A stretch of DNA of 64,000 nucleotides from Geosiphon pyriformis uo1 (GCA_016748015.1 JAAOMT010000494.1:798190-862189); one strand, 5' to 3'; shown: positions 22,601 through 37,725, numbered from the stretch's first letter. Notes: generated from the letters alone by a model not told the origin. Translations and numbers: made by a program.

Positions 22601-25600
22601 CAGTGCTCTCAATAAACTTTACCACTACTCTTATAATGCTGAAATGATTTTTGATCTAGCAATAGCATTGATTAATGGAGCCACACAAAAAAATGTCCAC
22701 CAAATGAAAGAAACTGAATATATTGAGTATACCATAGAATTAGCTGGATTTGATTATGAAGATGAAGTAGAAACCTACCACCAAATTGCAAGCCACACAT
22801 ATTCGACCAAAGAAGCTCAAATTCAATAATTAGAGCAAATGAACATTCAATTGTGTAAAGAATGTGTTATGCCTTGTGATGACCAATGGTGTTTAGAATG
22901 TTATGCTCTTAGCATTCCTCTGTCAGATGAGAATGATGAAAATGAAATCAAATTTGGAGTATTTGAACTAATAGAAGAACTACCAACTGCTCCCATCTAT
23001 CTTCTTGAAAAGCAACTACCTCTACAACTTAAATATTTTGACAACCATGGCCAAGAAATCAGACTGGAAAAAGCACACGAAATTAATGCTGGATATGATC
23101 TAAGATACCCAGGAAAAGATACTTTGGTTCTCCAACCAAAGTCCTTAACAAAAATCAATCTCAAAATTGCTCTTGAAATTCCACCAGGAGCAATGGTTCA
23201 AATTGCCTCCAGATTATCATTGGCAAGCAAAAAAATCAATATTAGAGAAGGAGTTATAGATGCAGAATACACTGGAGACATTACTATTATGTTACAGAAC
23301 GAGACAGACAAACCATTCAAAATTGAACATGCTGAAAAAATTGCTCAAGCAATTTACTTATCCTTAATCAACATTTCGGGATTACAATCAGTAAACAACA
23401 GAGAACCATTGGAAAAAAGTGAAAGAGGAACTCAAGATTTTGGTTCAACTGGACGATTTACAATTTCAGTAAATATAGCTCTTAATACACAAAATGAATC
23501 TCACCAGATTCTTCAACTTTCCCAGCCAATTACAATTTCACCTTTTGGAGAATATCACGAAATTTATACTTGTTCAAAACTCACCACTACACAACAAATC
23601 TTTGAATCCAATGAACAAATCTGTTTGAAGCATGAAATCTCAATTCCAAACATTTATATTCCCAAAAGAATGAGAAAATTTTGAGTTACATTCTACAACC
23701 CCAATAATTACTCTATTGTTTTATTAAACAAACTAGAAATTGGAATCATACACAGCAATATTTTTCAAGATGAAAACCCTCAAATTGTCTCTAATTTCAT
23801 TGAAATTGTAAGGCACACTCTATTCCCAAATCCAAATATCATTTCCACTACTGAAAACTACTACTTTTTGGAAAAAAAACTCTCTCAAATCAACATGGGT
23901 TCCTTAAAATCTCAACAACAAAGACAATTGAAACAATTGATAGCTGAATTTGCAGATATATTTGCAAAAGACAACAATAACTTGGGAAAAACAAACATTG
24001 TTCAATATCAGATCCATACAGGAAATGCTCTACCAAAACGTCAACAAGCCTATTGAGTGCCACCTGCTAGCCACTAATTCATCAGAGAAGAGGTCCAAAA
24101 AATGCTCAATAATGGATTGATTTAACCATCAAGAAGTCTTTGGGCCTTACCAGTAGTTTTAGTTAAAAAGAAAAATGAAAAAATCAGATTCTGTGTCGAT
24201 TATAAACAACTGAATAGTGTTATAATTAGAGATGCCTACCCTCTTCCAAGAATTAATAACATGCTAGATGCTCTTGGAAAAGCCAAGTTCTTCTCAACTT
24301 TAGACTTGGAAAGTGGATACTGGCAAGTCGAAATGGACCCAAAAGACCAACCCAAAACAGTATTTACCACCCAAGAAGGAAACTATGAGTTCAATATTAT
24401 GCCTTTTGAACTCTGCAATGTACCAGCAACATTCCAACAACTCATGAATGTTGTATATGAAGGACTCTTATGGCAATCAATAGTTGTTTACCTTGATGAC
24501 ACTAATGTGTACTCACCAAGCTTTGAAGCCCATCTTATTCATCTGCAAGAAGTTTTTCAACAATTACAGAAAGCAAGATTGAAGTTGAATATTGAGAAAT
24601 GTCACTTTGGAAAAACAAGCTTAATCTTTCTTGGACACATTGTTAGCAAAGATGGAGTCAAACCAAACCCTGGAACAATTAGTGCTGTCAAAAACTTCCA
24701 AACCCCAAAAAATACCACAGAGCTATGAGGATTTGTAAAATTAGCCTTCTATTATTGAAAATTCATCAAAGAATTCTTAGAAATTGCCAAACCACTCAAT
24801 TATCTCACCAATAAAAATGTGCCATACAAATGGACTGAAAAACAACAAAAAGCATTTGAAACCCTCAAAACAAAGCTGACAACAGTCCCAGTTCTTGCTT
24901 ACCCAGACTTCAACAAACAATTTCAATTAGCCACTGATGCTTCACACATAGCATTTGGTGCTATCTTATCACAAGTAGATGAAAATAGGCAAGAACAAGT
25001 CATTGCTTATGCTAGTAGAACACTCAAACCAACAGAACTAAAATATGGCTCAACTGAATTAGAAACTGCTACAGTTATTTGGGCTCTTAAACATTTTCAA
25101 CAATATCTAAAGAATGGAAAAGAATTTGACATAATAACGGACAACATTGGTCTCAAATGGCTCAATAAAAAGAAAACTGAACAAAGTGCCAAACAGTCTT
25201 GATAGAATGACTTCCTAGCAGACTACAGATATATTGTACACCACAAACCAGGAAAACTACATACCAATGTTGATAGTCTCTCAAGAATGAGACAAGATTA
25301 ATACCAACAATAATTCCACTACAACTTACCAACTTACCAACAAAATAACCAAACAAGAATAGATCCCAGAAATTACAGCAATCTTAAAAATTATTTGAAG
25401 ACTCTTACCATACCAGAAAACTGGTTTCCAAGTGAAAAACATTGTTTACAATACCAATCAAAACAATATTTTATACACCAGAACAAAATCTATTATAAAA
25501 ATCACAGAAACCCAAACCAACTACTCAGATTAGTACAAGAGAATAAAAAAGAAACAATTTTATACAACATATACACAGATTCATCTTTAGCACACTTGGG

Positions 25601-26744
25601 AAGAGATGAAACAATTCAAAAAACCCTTGAACATTATTTTTGGCCTCACATGCAAAAAGACATTTGACAATATATAGAATCTTGTAATAGTTGTCAAAGA
25701 AGAAGAGGAACTCACCCCACAGAATTTTTAAATCCAATCAAAGTTGGACAACCTTTTGACAGAGTTGGAATTAATTTAGTCAGACCATTACCTATCACAA
25801 CCCAAGAAAATTGTTATATTGCAGTTGCAGTGGATTATCTTACCAAATGGCTTGAAGCTAGAGCCATCCAAAGAGCAGATGCAAAATCAGTAGCAAAATT
25901 CATCTATGAAGACATTATCTGTAGACATGGATGCCCAATTGAACTCTTATCTGATCAAAGAACACATTTTGTGAACAACTTGATACAAGAAATTTGTGAA
26001 CAATTCAATGTCAAAAGACTTTTATCATCACCTTATCACCCTCAAACAAATGGACTTGTAGAATGTTTCAACAGAACATTGTGTGAATTTCTAGCCAAAG
26101 TCTCAACAGACTTTGAGCAGGAATGGGATATCTTTATTCCATCAGTGTTACTAGCATACAGAACACTAAAACAAGATACTATGAAACACACACCATTTGA
26201 TCTTACATATGAAAGAACAGCAACATTACCAATTAATTTCACAGTGGAAACATACCCAGTGCAACCAATCAATGAAAAAAACTTTCAAGAAACACTCCAA
26301 AGAAGAGCTTACACTCTTCTTAGTATACTGGAAGGAAAAAGAAGAATAGCAGCAACTCATATTAAACATTTCCAAGCTCAACAAAAAGAAAGACATGACA
26401 ACAAATTACCACCTATTACCAACGAATTTAAAGTTGGAAATAAAGTTCTCTTACACAGAACTAAGGCTGAAAAACAATGGAGTGGGAAATTTGAAAACAA
26501 ATGGGATGGACCATTTTATATTCACAAAATTCTAGACAATGAATCATACAAGTTAAGACTTGATAACAAAATACTAGCAAAAGTTGCACATAGAGACAGA
26601 TTGAAACATTATTATTCCAGAAACAATCCTGAACCATTAATTCCACAAATTGGTACACATTCCTTTTTAATTAATCCTGAAGATATTTTCCGAAATTTAG
26701 AACCAATAATTATAATAGAACAACAACCAAACTTGAACACTTAA
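19691..26744 (+). pseudogene. A2 gag-pol (gag-CCHC-PR-Cys-rich-dUTPase-RT-RH-IN), many stop codons
   Basis: IPEFTGED..EWL capsid, LILDSGS protease, YLDD, DAS, DDE core, KWDGPFY, ends LEPIIIIEQQPNLNT*. Confidence 0.93.
23030..23453 (+). pseudogene. dUTPase domain in A2 pol
   Basis: All five trimeric dUTPase motifs in order, with transition damage: AGYDL, ASRLSLA, GVIDAEYTG, IAQAI, RGTQDFGSTG. Confidence 0.92.
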
Positions 26745-26889
26745 ATTTTACAATAATTCTCCAATAAAAACACAAAGACAAAAATAGTAAATAAATTACA
26801 AAAACACCCAAACCCAAAAACAAATAAAAACCCCATATTCCAAAAATAATTTTTCTTATTCTCTTTTTTCATAATTAGTCAATTTTATC

Positions 26890-27598
26890 ATGATTATTCC
26901 CCGAAATATTCAACAAATATCCCAAAAGTTAATGTTAGCCTTAAAAACACTTCCTGACTTATTCATAATGATTAATGGAAGTTAAATTAATTACATTCAG
27001 AAAGAAACCACAGCCCCAATAGCAAATCATTCACAGAATTATCACTCCTATAGAAAAAAAACAAGAAGTCACTCTGAAAATAGATTACTAAGACTTTTGA
27101 AGCAAACACTAGAAGAAAATCTTTTAATTGCCCCTATTAACATTCCATCAAATGCTACAATGCGACAAAAAACTTCTACTACTTCTCAATGAACAGAACA
27201 ATAAACACACCCCTATCTATAAATACTTTCACATTGAAAAGACACTTTATAAACGAAAACTAGAACTTGAAGCAACAAATCTCACTTCTGAAGCTATACA
27301 AAAACAAATTCACAATAAATTCAAAACAGCAGCTGGACTAACAAACACTCACTACAAACTTAGAGCAGCTTTTAGATTCTATGATTTGTTTAATACTTGT
27401 AAAAATGTTCTACAAAATCCAATACTACAACCAATGAAAGTCCAATACATTGGCAAACTCACAGAACTGGAATTTCAACAATTTTCAGACCAGATTACTT
27501 CAATTATTTTGGATCACTATCTCAATATTACAGATAGTGCTTGGACTTCGACAGAGCTCAGTCTTGAGAAGAAGATTATATTACCAGTAGAATTTTAA
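26890..27598 (+). pseudogene. A2 ORF3 (stop codon plus frameshift)
   Basis: Near-identical to 5850-6557. Confidence 0.85.
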
Positions 27599-30500
27599 CT
27601 ATTAATTAGCATAAAATTACTCTTATAATTCCTATAATTAATTAGTATATTAATATCATTTCAAATTATCATTTATTATTTAATTAATTATTACATATCA
27701 CGATTCAATCAAAATAATCTAATTAGTATAACAGAAAGTAGGATAATCAAATTACACAATACTTTGAACTTTGTAATATTCAAAAATTTGCCGAAATTTA
27801 CAGAAATTCGCCGAAATTATGAATAGTTCACCCAAATTAATTAATAGTTCAGTGAAATAACTTGTAGTTTATCAAAATGTATCTTTAATTCGCCAAAATT
27901 TGAGCAAAAAAAAAAGTGCAAGTTCATAGACTAGTACTACAACAAGTTGTATAAAAAAAGAGCTTTTCTTTTCAAGAAAATATATTTTACTTTAGATTTA
28001 TTACTTAGAACCATTCCTATACACACAAAAAGAAATAAATATCAAATAATTTGAAAAACCAAATTCTTTAATTATTGCACTTGGAAAATTCCCAAAACCC
28101 AACTAACATTTTGAAATTGATTAGCTACCAATTTCAGTAAACTGTTAGTGACTCCAGGCCTGGATAGAAAACGCTTCCCTTGATAAAATCCTATTTCTTT
28201 TACATTTCTTTTATTTTTTTTTTATTTTCTTATTACAATCATTAGGGTAGCCTACAGACAAGATTCCTGTAGAAGAGTTGACTTTCACAGCAAAGTAACT
28301 ACACATTTTTAATGAGCTTTCAGATGAGCAATTCTTGGGAAAGAGTTGACATTTACTACAATATAACTACACAAAGTAACTGGCATGGAATTGGCTATTC
28401 CACTTATAAGCCCAGCAGTTCAAATTATAGGAGATAATTTGAAAATAAATTCAGTTACTAGAGATTCAACTACTTCCTGAAAACGTAAATTCACAGCAAA
28501 TCAACATTACCAACATTTAAGAAAAGAGACCAAAAACCTCTGATAACAGCGACAAAGAAAAACAACCAGCATTAGCACTCAGAAAACACTCGAATATGCA
28601 GACACCAATCTTCTTAAATGTAATCAGTAACACCCCACTCATTAACTGGATCATGGCTTACCAGGATATCACTAAATTGGAAAAATTCTTTGGTAAAGAA
28701 AATAACGCATATTCTTGGATTGCAGATGCCAAGAAAGCAATTATTGCTAATGGTTGGGATGATGACCACACAATTCAGACACTGCAGTTTTTTTTGACTA
28801 GAACTACTGATTCATGGTACCAGAGTCTTGCAAAGAAACCTACTTCTTTTACAGAGTTTAAACTCATATTTCTGCAATACTTTTGTGATCCTAATACACT
28901 TATTCGATTGCAAAATCAATTCAGTATAATAAAACAAAATGACCATGAAGTAGTAACTACTTATTTCAGAAGATTTAATCAAGTTCTTTGACAAATTCTA
29001 GCCATTGAGCAGAATTATTATACCACCACGCAAGTCCTCAATCAATTTGTTAAAGGACTAAAGAACAGCTTCCTAAGATCCATATGATCTTGCCATCCAA
29101 CAAATCTACAAGAAGCAGTCGCTTTTGCTCGCAATTTTGAATCCACAGAACAAGAAGTGAACTATACTCAAGCCGTAAATTTAGCCATCAATAGAACTTC
29201 TAACATCAATGCAAAAATAACTTAATTAAGTGAGAAATTAACTCAGAAAATTGAGGGATTCTTAGCCAGAACCACAGAAACTTACCAACTACTACAACGA
29301 AGAGAAAATAACAACAACAGCAGATACCTACAGCAACAAAACTGTCAGCAACAGCAACAACCTTGGAGATCCAATCCCTATAACTGTTACTACTACCAGA
29401 AACCTAAACACATTGCCTGTAATTGCAAAAAGAAAATAATAGACCAAACTCAAAGAAACCAATACCAGCAACCAAGATATTAGCAAAACATGGTATTCCA
29501 ATATTCCATACTTCAAAATCAACTGTCCCAGTATGCACAACAAATCCCATATAGTCAACTATCACTCCAAAATTATTATCAACTATTACCAATAACACAA
29601 GCAATTTCTCATTATTAAACTCCTCCTTATAGTCTGCCCAGATCTCGAGCCATAGACTATAATCAGAGATAGAGAAATTTCAACAACAATCAGGTACAAA
29701 CCAACAACAGACTGTCTCAACCAATCTCTCGTGGTTCTGCCCAATTTTGATCAGCACCAACCAAATACCTGAATTAAGCTTCCTATTTTGGTCTCATAAA
29801 AGACCAGGGTTTTGATAAATCTACATCTGTGGAAAGAAGGAATGTAGAACAAATCTCTCAATCTTCCAAGCCAACAAAAAGTAATATCTCACCAGCCACT
29901 ATTACTGAGGATACCACTCTAGCTGCCATATTTCCTTTTGACATTGATAATTTGAACATTTATAGTCTTTTTAGTAAAGCAGCTATCAATCAAGATAAAC
30001 CAATAACAGCTCTATACACTGATGCCAAAGTCAGAGAAATAGATATTAAATTAATTCTGGATAGTAGATCAGCCAGTAGCATAATTACAAAGCAGCTCAT
30101 GGACCAACTAGATTACTGAGTAGACCATGCTGCTACTGCCCGGATTATTACAGCAGATGGAAACACAAAAACCCCAATAAGAAAAATTGACAACTTTCTC
30201 TTCGAGATTAATGAAATCCAGATCCCTACTAAAGTACTTGTCATGGAAGCTACTTAATATCAAGCTCTGGTAGGAAATAATTGGTTGTCAAAAGCCAATA
30301 CTACTTTTGATTGGAACACCCAAGAACTTCAACTCATGTTCAATGAACAGCATGCTCGAATCCCAGCTATGTGTGGATACTTTAAAACCCAACATACTGA
30401 GGAACCTCTTATTGAATTTGAAGACATATCACTACCACTGATTATCAAAATCTATTAGGTTTCATGGGCAAACAATTATCAAACTGAACTATCTTCACCA

Positions 30501-31389
30501 CCAACCTGAGAAGAAAAAGAAAAAGGCAAAGCCAAAGAAAAACTCCAATCATCATTACTAGAATACATAATCTTGAACCAAAAAAATTTATTTTACCAAC
30601 TTTCAAGACTAATATGTGTTGATTGTGGAAAGAAGCTATCCACTATGGGTACATGTATCAGAGACAACAAAAAATGGCCCACTGCCACCAAATACTACTG
30701 CAGACCTTGTTTACTGGAAAGATTTGGACAACCAAAACGACAAAGCAAATGAGACAACATGCCATGCTTTGCATGTAGTGAAATCCTGCCTGATGAAAAA
30801 CTCTGAAATGATGTGCCTGACAAATGAGAAACATGTAACAAGACTTGTTAATACATCATATTAATCAATAATTGGGTATGAAAAAAAACTCCCATCGAGA
30901 ATGCTTGGAAACAAGCACTCAATAAGCTGGACAGTTATCTACATAATCATCATAAAATTTGGAGAATGGCAAGTGCCAAAGCTGAAGACACCACACCTGA
31001 AGAAATACGAGAAATCAAGAACAACCCTTGGATGCCTGAATATAATGGACCTGACTACCTCATAGATAATTTCATCACAGATGACTCTGACACATTTCAG
31101 AACTGATATCAAGAATTAGTCTTAACCCAAGAAAAACAAGAACAGTGTTTAGCTGATCTAAATACCAAACTATGCGATCACTGCTTAATTTTTTGCCACT
31201 TCTAATACTGCGACAAGTGTAATCTCATATTCAACCCACCTCCCAGAATCCTATACCTGATCACTAAATTACCTAAATCTAAGAAAAAAGAGGAATTACT
31301 CACCAAGGACATGTTATTTCAAGAGCTGAATCAGACTACCAAAATAGAACAATATCTTGCATATCCAGATCTCTCCAAAGAATTAGAAT

Positions 31390-31815
31390 TAAAGTGGTAC
31401 AGTGACAATGACAAAGGAATATGCCCAGAAAAAGCACATAAGACCAATGCAGGTTTTGACTTAAAATACCTTGGACAATCACCCATAGTTATAGTTCTAT
31501 ATTCTCTGGTAAAAATAGATCTCAAAATAGCACTAGAAATTTCTATTAGCACCATGGTACAAATAGTGTCTAGATCGAGTCTTGTAAAGAAAAAAATCAA
31601 CATAAAAGAAGGAATTATTGATGCCAGATATATGGGAAACATTATTGTGATGCTACAGAACAATTCAGACAAATCTTACAAGATCAAATCTCACAAAAAG
31701 ATTGCTCAAGTCATCTTCTTACCTTTAGTCAAAATATCCCAACTAGTCCTGGTTACCACATAAGAAAAATTAGGCCTTACTGCTCAAGGAATTAATAGGT
31801 TTGGCTTAAGTGGAA
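31390..31815 (+). pseudogene. dUTPase domain in element E pol
   Basis: AGFDL, SRSSL, GIIDARYMG, IAQVI and a decayed motif 5 (QGINRFGLSG). Confidence 0.88.
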
Positions 31816-34800
31816 GAGAGAACGTAATGGTCAATTTTACAGAGAAGAATAGTGACCAGGTAGAACTTATCTACACTGACACCATTATTTCCATCCCTCT
31901 TTATCAGTAGTACATTCTCAAAGTTGACCAAAAGATTTAGAACCAAGCACTAGTCTTCAAGGCTGATTTTGAGATCTGCTTATTAGCTGACATCACTAAT
32001 CTGTACTTACTAGTCAAAGCTTATAAACACTTCAAAATTCCCATCCACAATCCAACCAAAGACATTATCAAAATTCCTAAGGGAACCCTTGTTGCTTCCA
32101 TATCTTCAGATATTCAGAATCCAGAAAAACCCCAGCCCATTTCAGATTTCACTCAATTGTTCTTGTTCTGTAATATTATCTCACAAGTATGAAACCTGTC
32201 AAAGGAAAGTTACTTGTTTACACCAGAAGAAATCAATAAACTCAATTTGGAAAATCTGAGCACTTTACAGCAAATGCAACTTAAAATTCTATTGAACCAA
32301 TACGCCAATGTTTTTGTCAGCAAAAATGAGTTTGGATGTACCAACATCATGAAACACCAGATTGACACCAGAAATACTCGACTTATTAAGCAGTGAACTT
32401 ATCAAGTACCCCTATCTGAAGATAATCTGATTAAGCAAAAAGTACAACAAATGCTTGACAACAGACTGATTAAAAAATTATTAAGCCCTTGGTCCTTTCC
32501 AGTGGTCTTAGTCACCAAGAAAAATAGAAAAGTACAATTCTGCATAAATTACCAAAAATTAAATAGCATTACCCAAGGAGATAGCTATTCCACTTCTTTT
32601 ATTCAAGAAATCTTAAACAACTTAGGAAAGAAGAAATGATTTTTGTTCTTAGATCTGGCCAGTAGATATTGACAAGTCGAAATAGACCCAAAAGACAAAA
32701 GAAAAACAGCATTTATCACCTAAGATGGAAATTTTGAATTCAATATAATGCTTTTTGGACTGTGCAATGCTCCTGCTATATTCCAATGTCTCATGGATGT
32801 CATGTATAAAGGAATCTTGTAGAAATCAGTCATAGTATACTTGGACAACACCAATGTTTTCTTGAAAACATTCAACAAATATTTGCTCTACTTGCAACAA
32901 GTCTTTGAATGCCTTCAAAGTGTCCAATTAAAACTCAATCCTAATAAATGCTTCTTCAGAAAAACCAAACTAAAATTCTTAGGACATGTGATCGGCAAAA
33001 ACAGAGTAAAACCTAACTCAGACAAAATCCAAAAGGTCAAGAATTTTCTAGTCCCAATCAACCTACAAAAGCTATGAGAATTTTTAGGACTGGCTGGATA
33101 CTACTGCAGATTTGTCAAAGAATTTTCAACTATTACAAAACCCTTTCATTATTTGTTGTCAAAATACGTGCTATACTTGTAAAAGAAAGAGCAACAAAAG
33201 GCCTTCAACTATCTTAAACAGTGATTAATTACATCTCCAATACTAATCTATTTTGACTTTACCAAATAATTCATTGTCGCTACAGATGCATCAAAAAATG
33301 CACTAGGAGCTGTATTATTACAAATAGAACCAAACAAAAAAGAACATCCAATTGCCTATACCAGTTGTAATACCAGTCCAGCAGAAAAAATATATAGTGC
33401 AATAGATTTAAAATGCCTTGCCATTTATTGGGCCATACAAACATGAAAACACTACTTCAGGCAACCATTTAACCTATATATCAATCATAAAAGACTCATC
33501 TGGTTATTTAATAACCCATAACTGGAAGAAAAATATGCAAGATGGAGTACTTATCTGCAACAATTCTTACTCAAAGTTCATTACAAGGAAGGATCTAAGA
33601 ACACCAATCCTGACAGCTTGTTGAGGATGCCATAAACCTAATCTCGGACCCATAGACACACTTACTTATCAGCAATTACATCAATACCTATTGACACTAC
33701 ATTTTAAGAAGATATTATCTCAACAGGAACAAAATACTATACGGAAACAAGCACAAAATTACTTTATTCAAAATGACCAATTTTATTGTCAAGAATGATA
33801 AAACCACACCACCCCACAATAATTGATTAAGGACAGTGAAAAAGAAGCTATATTATATAGTATGCATTCTGACTCAACTGCAGAACACTTCAACAAAGAT
33901 GCGACTCTGGAAAGAACAACAAATCTATACTATTGGCCTATGATGTATAAGAATATCTTCGAATATGTTCTCAGTTGTAACTCATGCCAGTGAAAAGAAG
34001 AAGCCAGAATAACAGAACCACTTTGATCCATTCCAGTTGGAAATCCATTTGATAAAATTGGGATCGATTTGGTTAGTTCTCTCTTGATTACATTCAAAGA
34101 AAATTGTTACATCATGGAAGTCATAGACTACCTTATAAAATGGCCAGAAGCCAGAGCAATCCAAGTAGCTGACACCAAAACAGTAGCCAAATTCATATAC
34201 CAAGATCTAATATGTAGACATGAATGCCTAAAAGAACTGTTGTCGGACTAAAAAACACATTTTGTCAATACTACGTTAACTGAATTGAGTCAATGTTTTG
34301 GTATAAAACAACCTCTATTGTTATCATATCATTCACAAACAAATAGACTGGTAGAATGATTTAACAGAACATTATGTGAAGCATTAGTAAAAATAAGTTA
34401 CAAAAATAAACAAAAATGAGACTTATTTATACCTTTAGTACTCTTTGCATATTGAACATTAAAGCAAAATATGACACAGTTTACATTATTCGAATTAGTC
34501 TATAAAAGAAAAGCAATGTTACTTATTGAATGAGAAATAGCATCCTACCCAACAAAAATTATCAATGAAGAAAATTTTGAAGATACCTTATGCCAAAGAA
34601 CATATTAGCTAATGAAAATGTTGGAAAACAATCATAGAATAGCAGTTGACAATATTAGTAATGCTCAAGAATGACAAAAAAAAAGACATGATGATCACCT
34701 ACTTAAACAACTAATGGAATTTAAGATTGGAGACCAAGTATTGTTACATTGTACAAAAGCAGAAAAACAATGAAACAGAAAGTTTGACCCAAAGTGGGAT

Positions 34801-37294
34801 GGTCTATTCCACATACACAAAGCTTTAGGAAATGGAGCTTACAAGTTATGATTGGAAAACAGGATTTTAAAGAAAGTAGCACATAGAAATCAGTTAAAAA
34901 TTTATCATGCAAAACAGAAATTATCATCATCAGTACCTCAACTAAGAACACAAATTTCACTAATCAGACCAGAAGATATATCACAAGATCTGGAACCAAT
35001 CATCATTATTGAAACATAAACAACATACAGCAAATTAAATTAGGGAATTCAAATATATATAGCATCTAAAAAACAGCAAAAAACAATAGAACTTTCAACA
35101 TGGACTTGTCAGATTAAATTCTACAACTCTTGAAACAACTATTTGACACAATTCAACAATTTTCTGCTCAAATAGAAATGACAATTAATAGAAAAAAAAT
35201 ATGCTATAAAGATAGGAACAAAAAAGGGATGGGCATGAGTTCAACTAGAACTAACCATTCTCATTCCTACATCCCGCCCGAGAAAAAGATTTTACAGAAA
35301 AGAATTAAATCATCTTGGGTAGGGCTTGAAGAAAGCATGGAGGAATAAAAAAAAGTTTATAAAAGAAGATACTTGGTTCCTGAGCTGGAAGAAATCAAAA
35401 AAGCTTTAGCTTGTAGGATTGATCTCCCCGAAACAAGAGAATAGACACCAGACAATGCAAAAAAATGGAAAGAAAGACTTCCTCCAGCTTATTGGTTCTA
35501 CAAAGTAGGTGAACAATTAGACTTAAAGACGCCATATGAAGACTTCAGCCAGAAAACTTTTAACAAAAAAGCAATACAACAAGTAGAAAAATTTGTAGGA
35601 AGAAGCAACCTGACCCTACATTACAAAGCAGCATACTAACTATACACTGCTTTCTAACATTGTCCAAATGTACTGTTGTATAGATCTATAAAAACGATAA
35701 CAGTTAACAACATAGGATAAATTACTAATTGACAGTTTAAAGATCTACAAAAAACAATACTCGATGCAACCATCAAACATTACACAAACAGAGACATAGG
35801 AACAGATACATATGATTTCACAGGAGCTCAATTCCAAAAAGAGAGGGATAATGTTACCTGAGTAGAAAAACTAATCCAAAGTTAGAAAGTAACATGACCA
35901 AAACATAACATAACACAGAATAGTACACAATAATATTGGATAACATATTATAACTTAGGATAGTACAAGATAATGCATTATAATGCAGAATAATATAGAA
36001 TAATATATAATAACACCAAATAACATGTTATAATATAAGATAACTAGTAATAACATAGAAGAGTGAAGCAATAACAGAAATAACAAAGCAATAGTTAGCA
36101 ATAACAAAACAATCAGAAGCAATCCTATAAAACCAAAAGAAAGTATAAAAGCGAGTAGTTGTAGTAGGTAGAAAGACAAATAGATACAAACCACTAAACA
36201 AGAATCAAATTTCCATACCCTTTCATCAATTATATTTTATATTCATCTTCTGAAATAAATCAATTATTAAGAAATCAGAATCACGAATTCATGTTCTCAA
36301 ACTTTGTGGAATTTATGTGAATTAACCATTGTTTCGTACCTTCATTTCAGGACAGATGTTTTTAGTATAACCGTCTCAAACTATTAACAATTTTCTGACT
36401 AATTGCTCTTGATCACAGTGATTGACAATACTAATTTATCTTTCTTTTTATTTTTTTTCCTTTTTTGCTTTTATTTTCTTTCTCTTTCTTTATTTTTTCT
36501 CTTGAGGAGCAACAACATAGTAAAATTGACTGTCTGGGAATAGACTTCATAATAGCCTGGTAAAAGAGGGAAGCTTCTCCTAGGTTTTAAATATTAACAT
36601 TATCTTGATAGCTTACCAGAAGGGCAAAAAGACAATGCCAGACCCTAACAACTGTGCTTATTAGCTCGAAAAAGAAAGCTCATCTTTATAAGAAGTTGCA
36701 ATCAACAAAAACCAATACTCTGTGCTTTATAACCAAAGAACTTAATGGGTAAATTCACAACCAGTAAAATAAGACCTTCAAAGACTGATAATCAAGAATA
36801 AGCCAATGAAATTATGCCAAAAATGCATTACCAATCATTGAGAGCACCAAACATTACTATTTTTATACCCCATTAAGTTTATCTGTAACAGTATAAACAA
36901 ATAATTTTCCTTTGGCAGGTTCCATACTTGTGAGGTAATGTCACAAAACAAGAACAATTAAGTGAAGTCTGGAATGGGTTGAGATTTTTCTAGATTCTGA
37001 ATATCTGAAGATATAGAACCAATGAGGATTCTCTCAGAAATTTCAATAACGTCTTTGGTCGGATTGTGAATGAGAATTTTGAAGTGTTTATGAGCTTTGA
37101 CTAGTAAGTACAGATTAGTAATGTCGGCTAGTGAGCAGATCTCGAAATTGGTCTCGAAGACTAGTGCTTGGTTCTGAATCCTTCTGTCAACTTTGAGAAT
37201 ATACTGCTGATAAAAAGAAATGAAAATGATGATGTCAGTGTAGATAAGTTCTATCTAATCACTATCCTTCTCTATAAAATTGACTGTTACATTT

Positions 37295-37725
37295 TCTCTT
37301 CTACTTGAGTCAAATCCATTGATTCCTCGGACAGTAAGGCCTAATTCTTCTCAAGTAGTAATTGGGACTAGTTGGGATATTTTGACTAAAAATAGGAAGA
37401 TGGCTTGGGCAATCTTTTCATAAGATTTGATCTTGTAGGATTTGTTTGAATTGTTTTGCAGCATCATGATAATGTTTTCTGTATAGCCAGCATCAATAAT
37501 TCTTCTTTTTATGTCAATTTCTTTCTTTGCAAGACTTGATCTAGATGCTATTTGTACTATGGTGCTAACAGGAATTTTTAATGTTATTTTGAGATCTATT
37601 TTTACCAGGGAATGTGAAGCTATAACTATAGGTGATTGTCCAGATATCTTAAGTCAAAATCTGCGTCAGTTTTATGTGCTTTTTCTGGGCATATTTTTTC
37701 ATTGTCGTTACTATACCACTTTAAT
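37295..37725 (-). pseudogene. dUTPase domain in element D pol
   Basis: Reverse complement is colinear with 31390-31815. Confidence 0.82.

Larger units (their letters stand above)
18675..28548 (+). mobile_element. Gypsy element A2 (family A), full length 9874 bp, inserted in the gag of element E
   Basis: LTRs 18675-19646 and 27579-28548, PBS at 19649, PPT gagaagaagatta, TSD GCAA/GCGA. Flanks rejoin to match D (40520-40550 rc). Confidence 0.96.
16893..36890 (+). mobile_element. Gypsy element E (family D), full length, inserted in element D just upstream of RT; contains A2
   Basis: LTRs 16893-17931 and 35852-36890 (both 1039 bp), PBS 17934-17949, PPT gagagggataa, TSD GCAT/GTAT. Decayed gag-pol ~17993-35019, ORF3 35100-35861. 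Confidence 0.95.
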
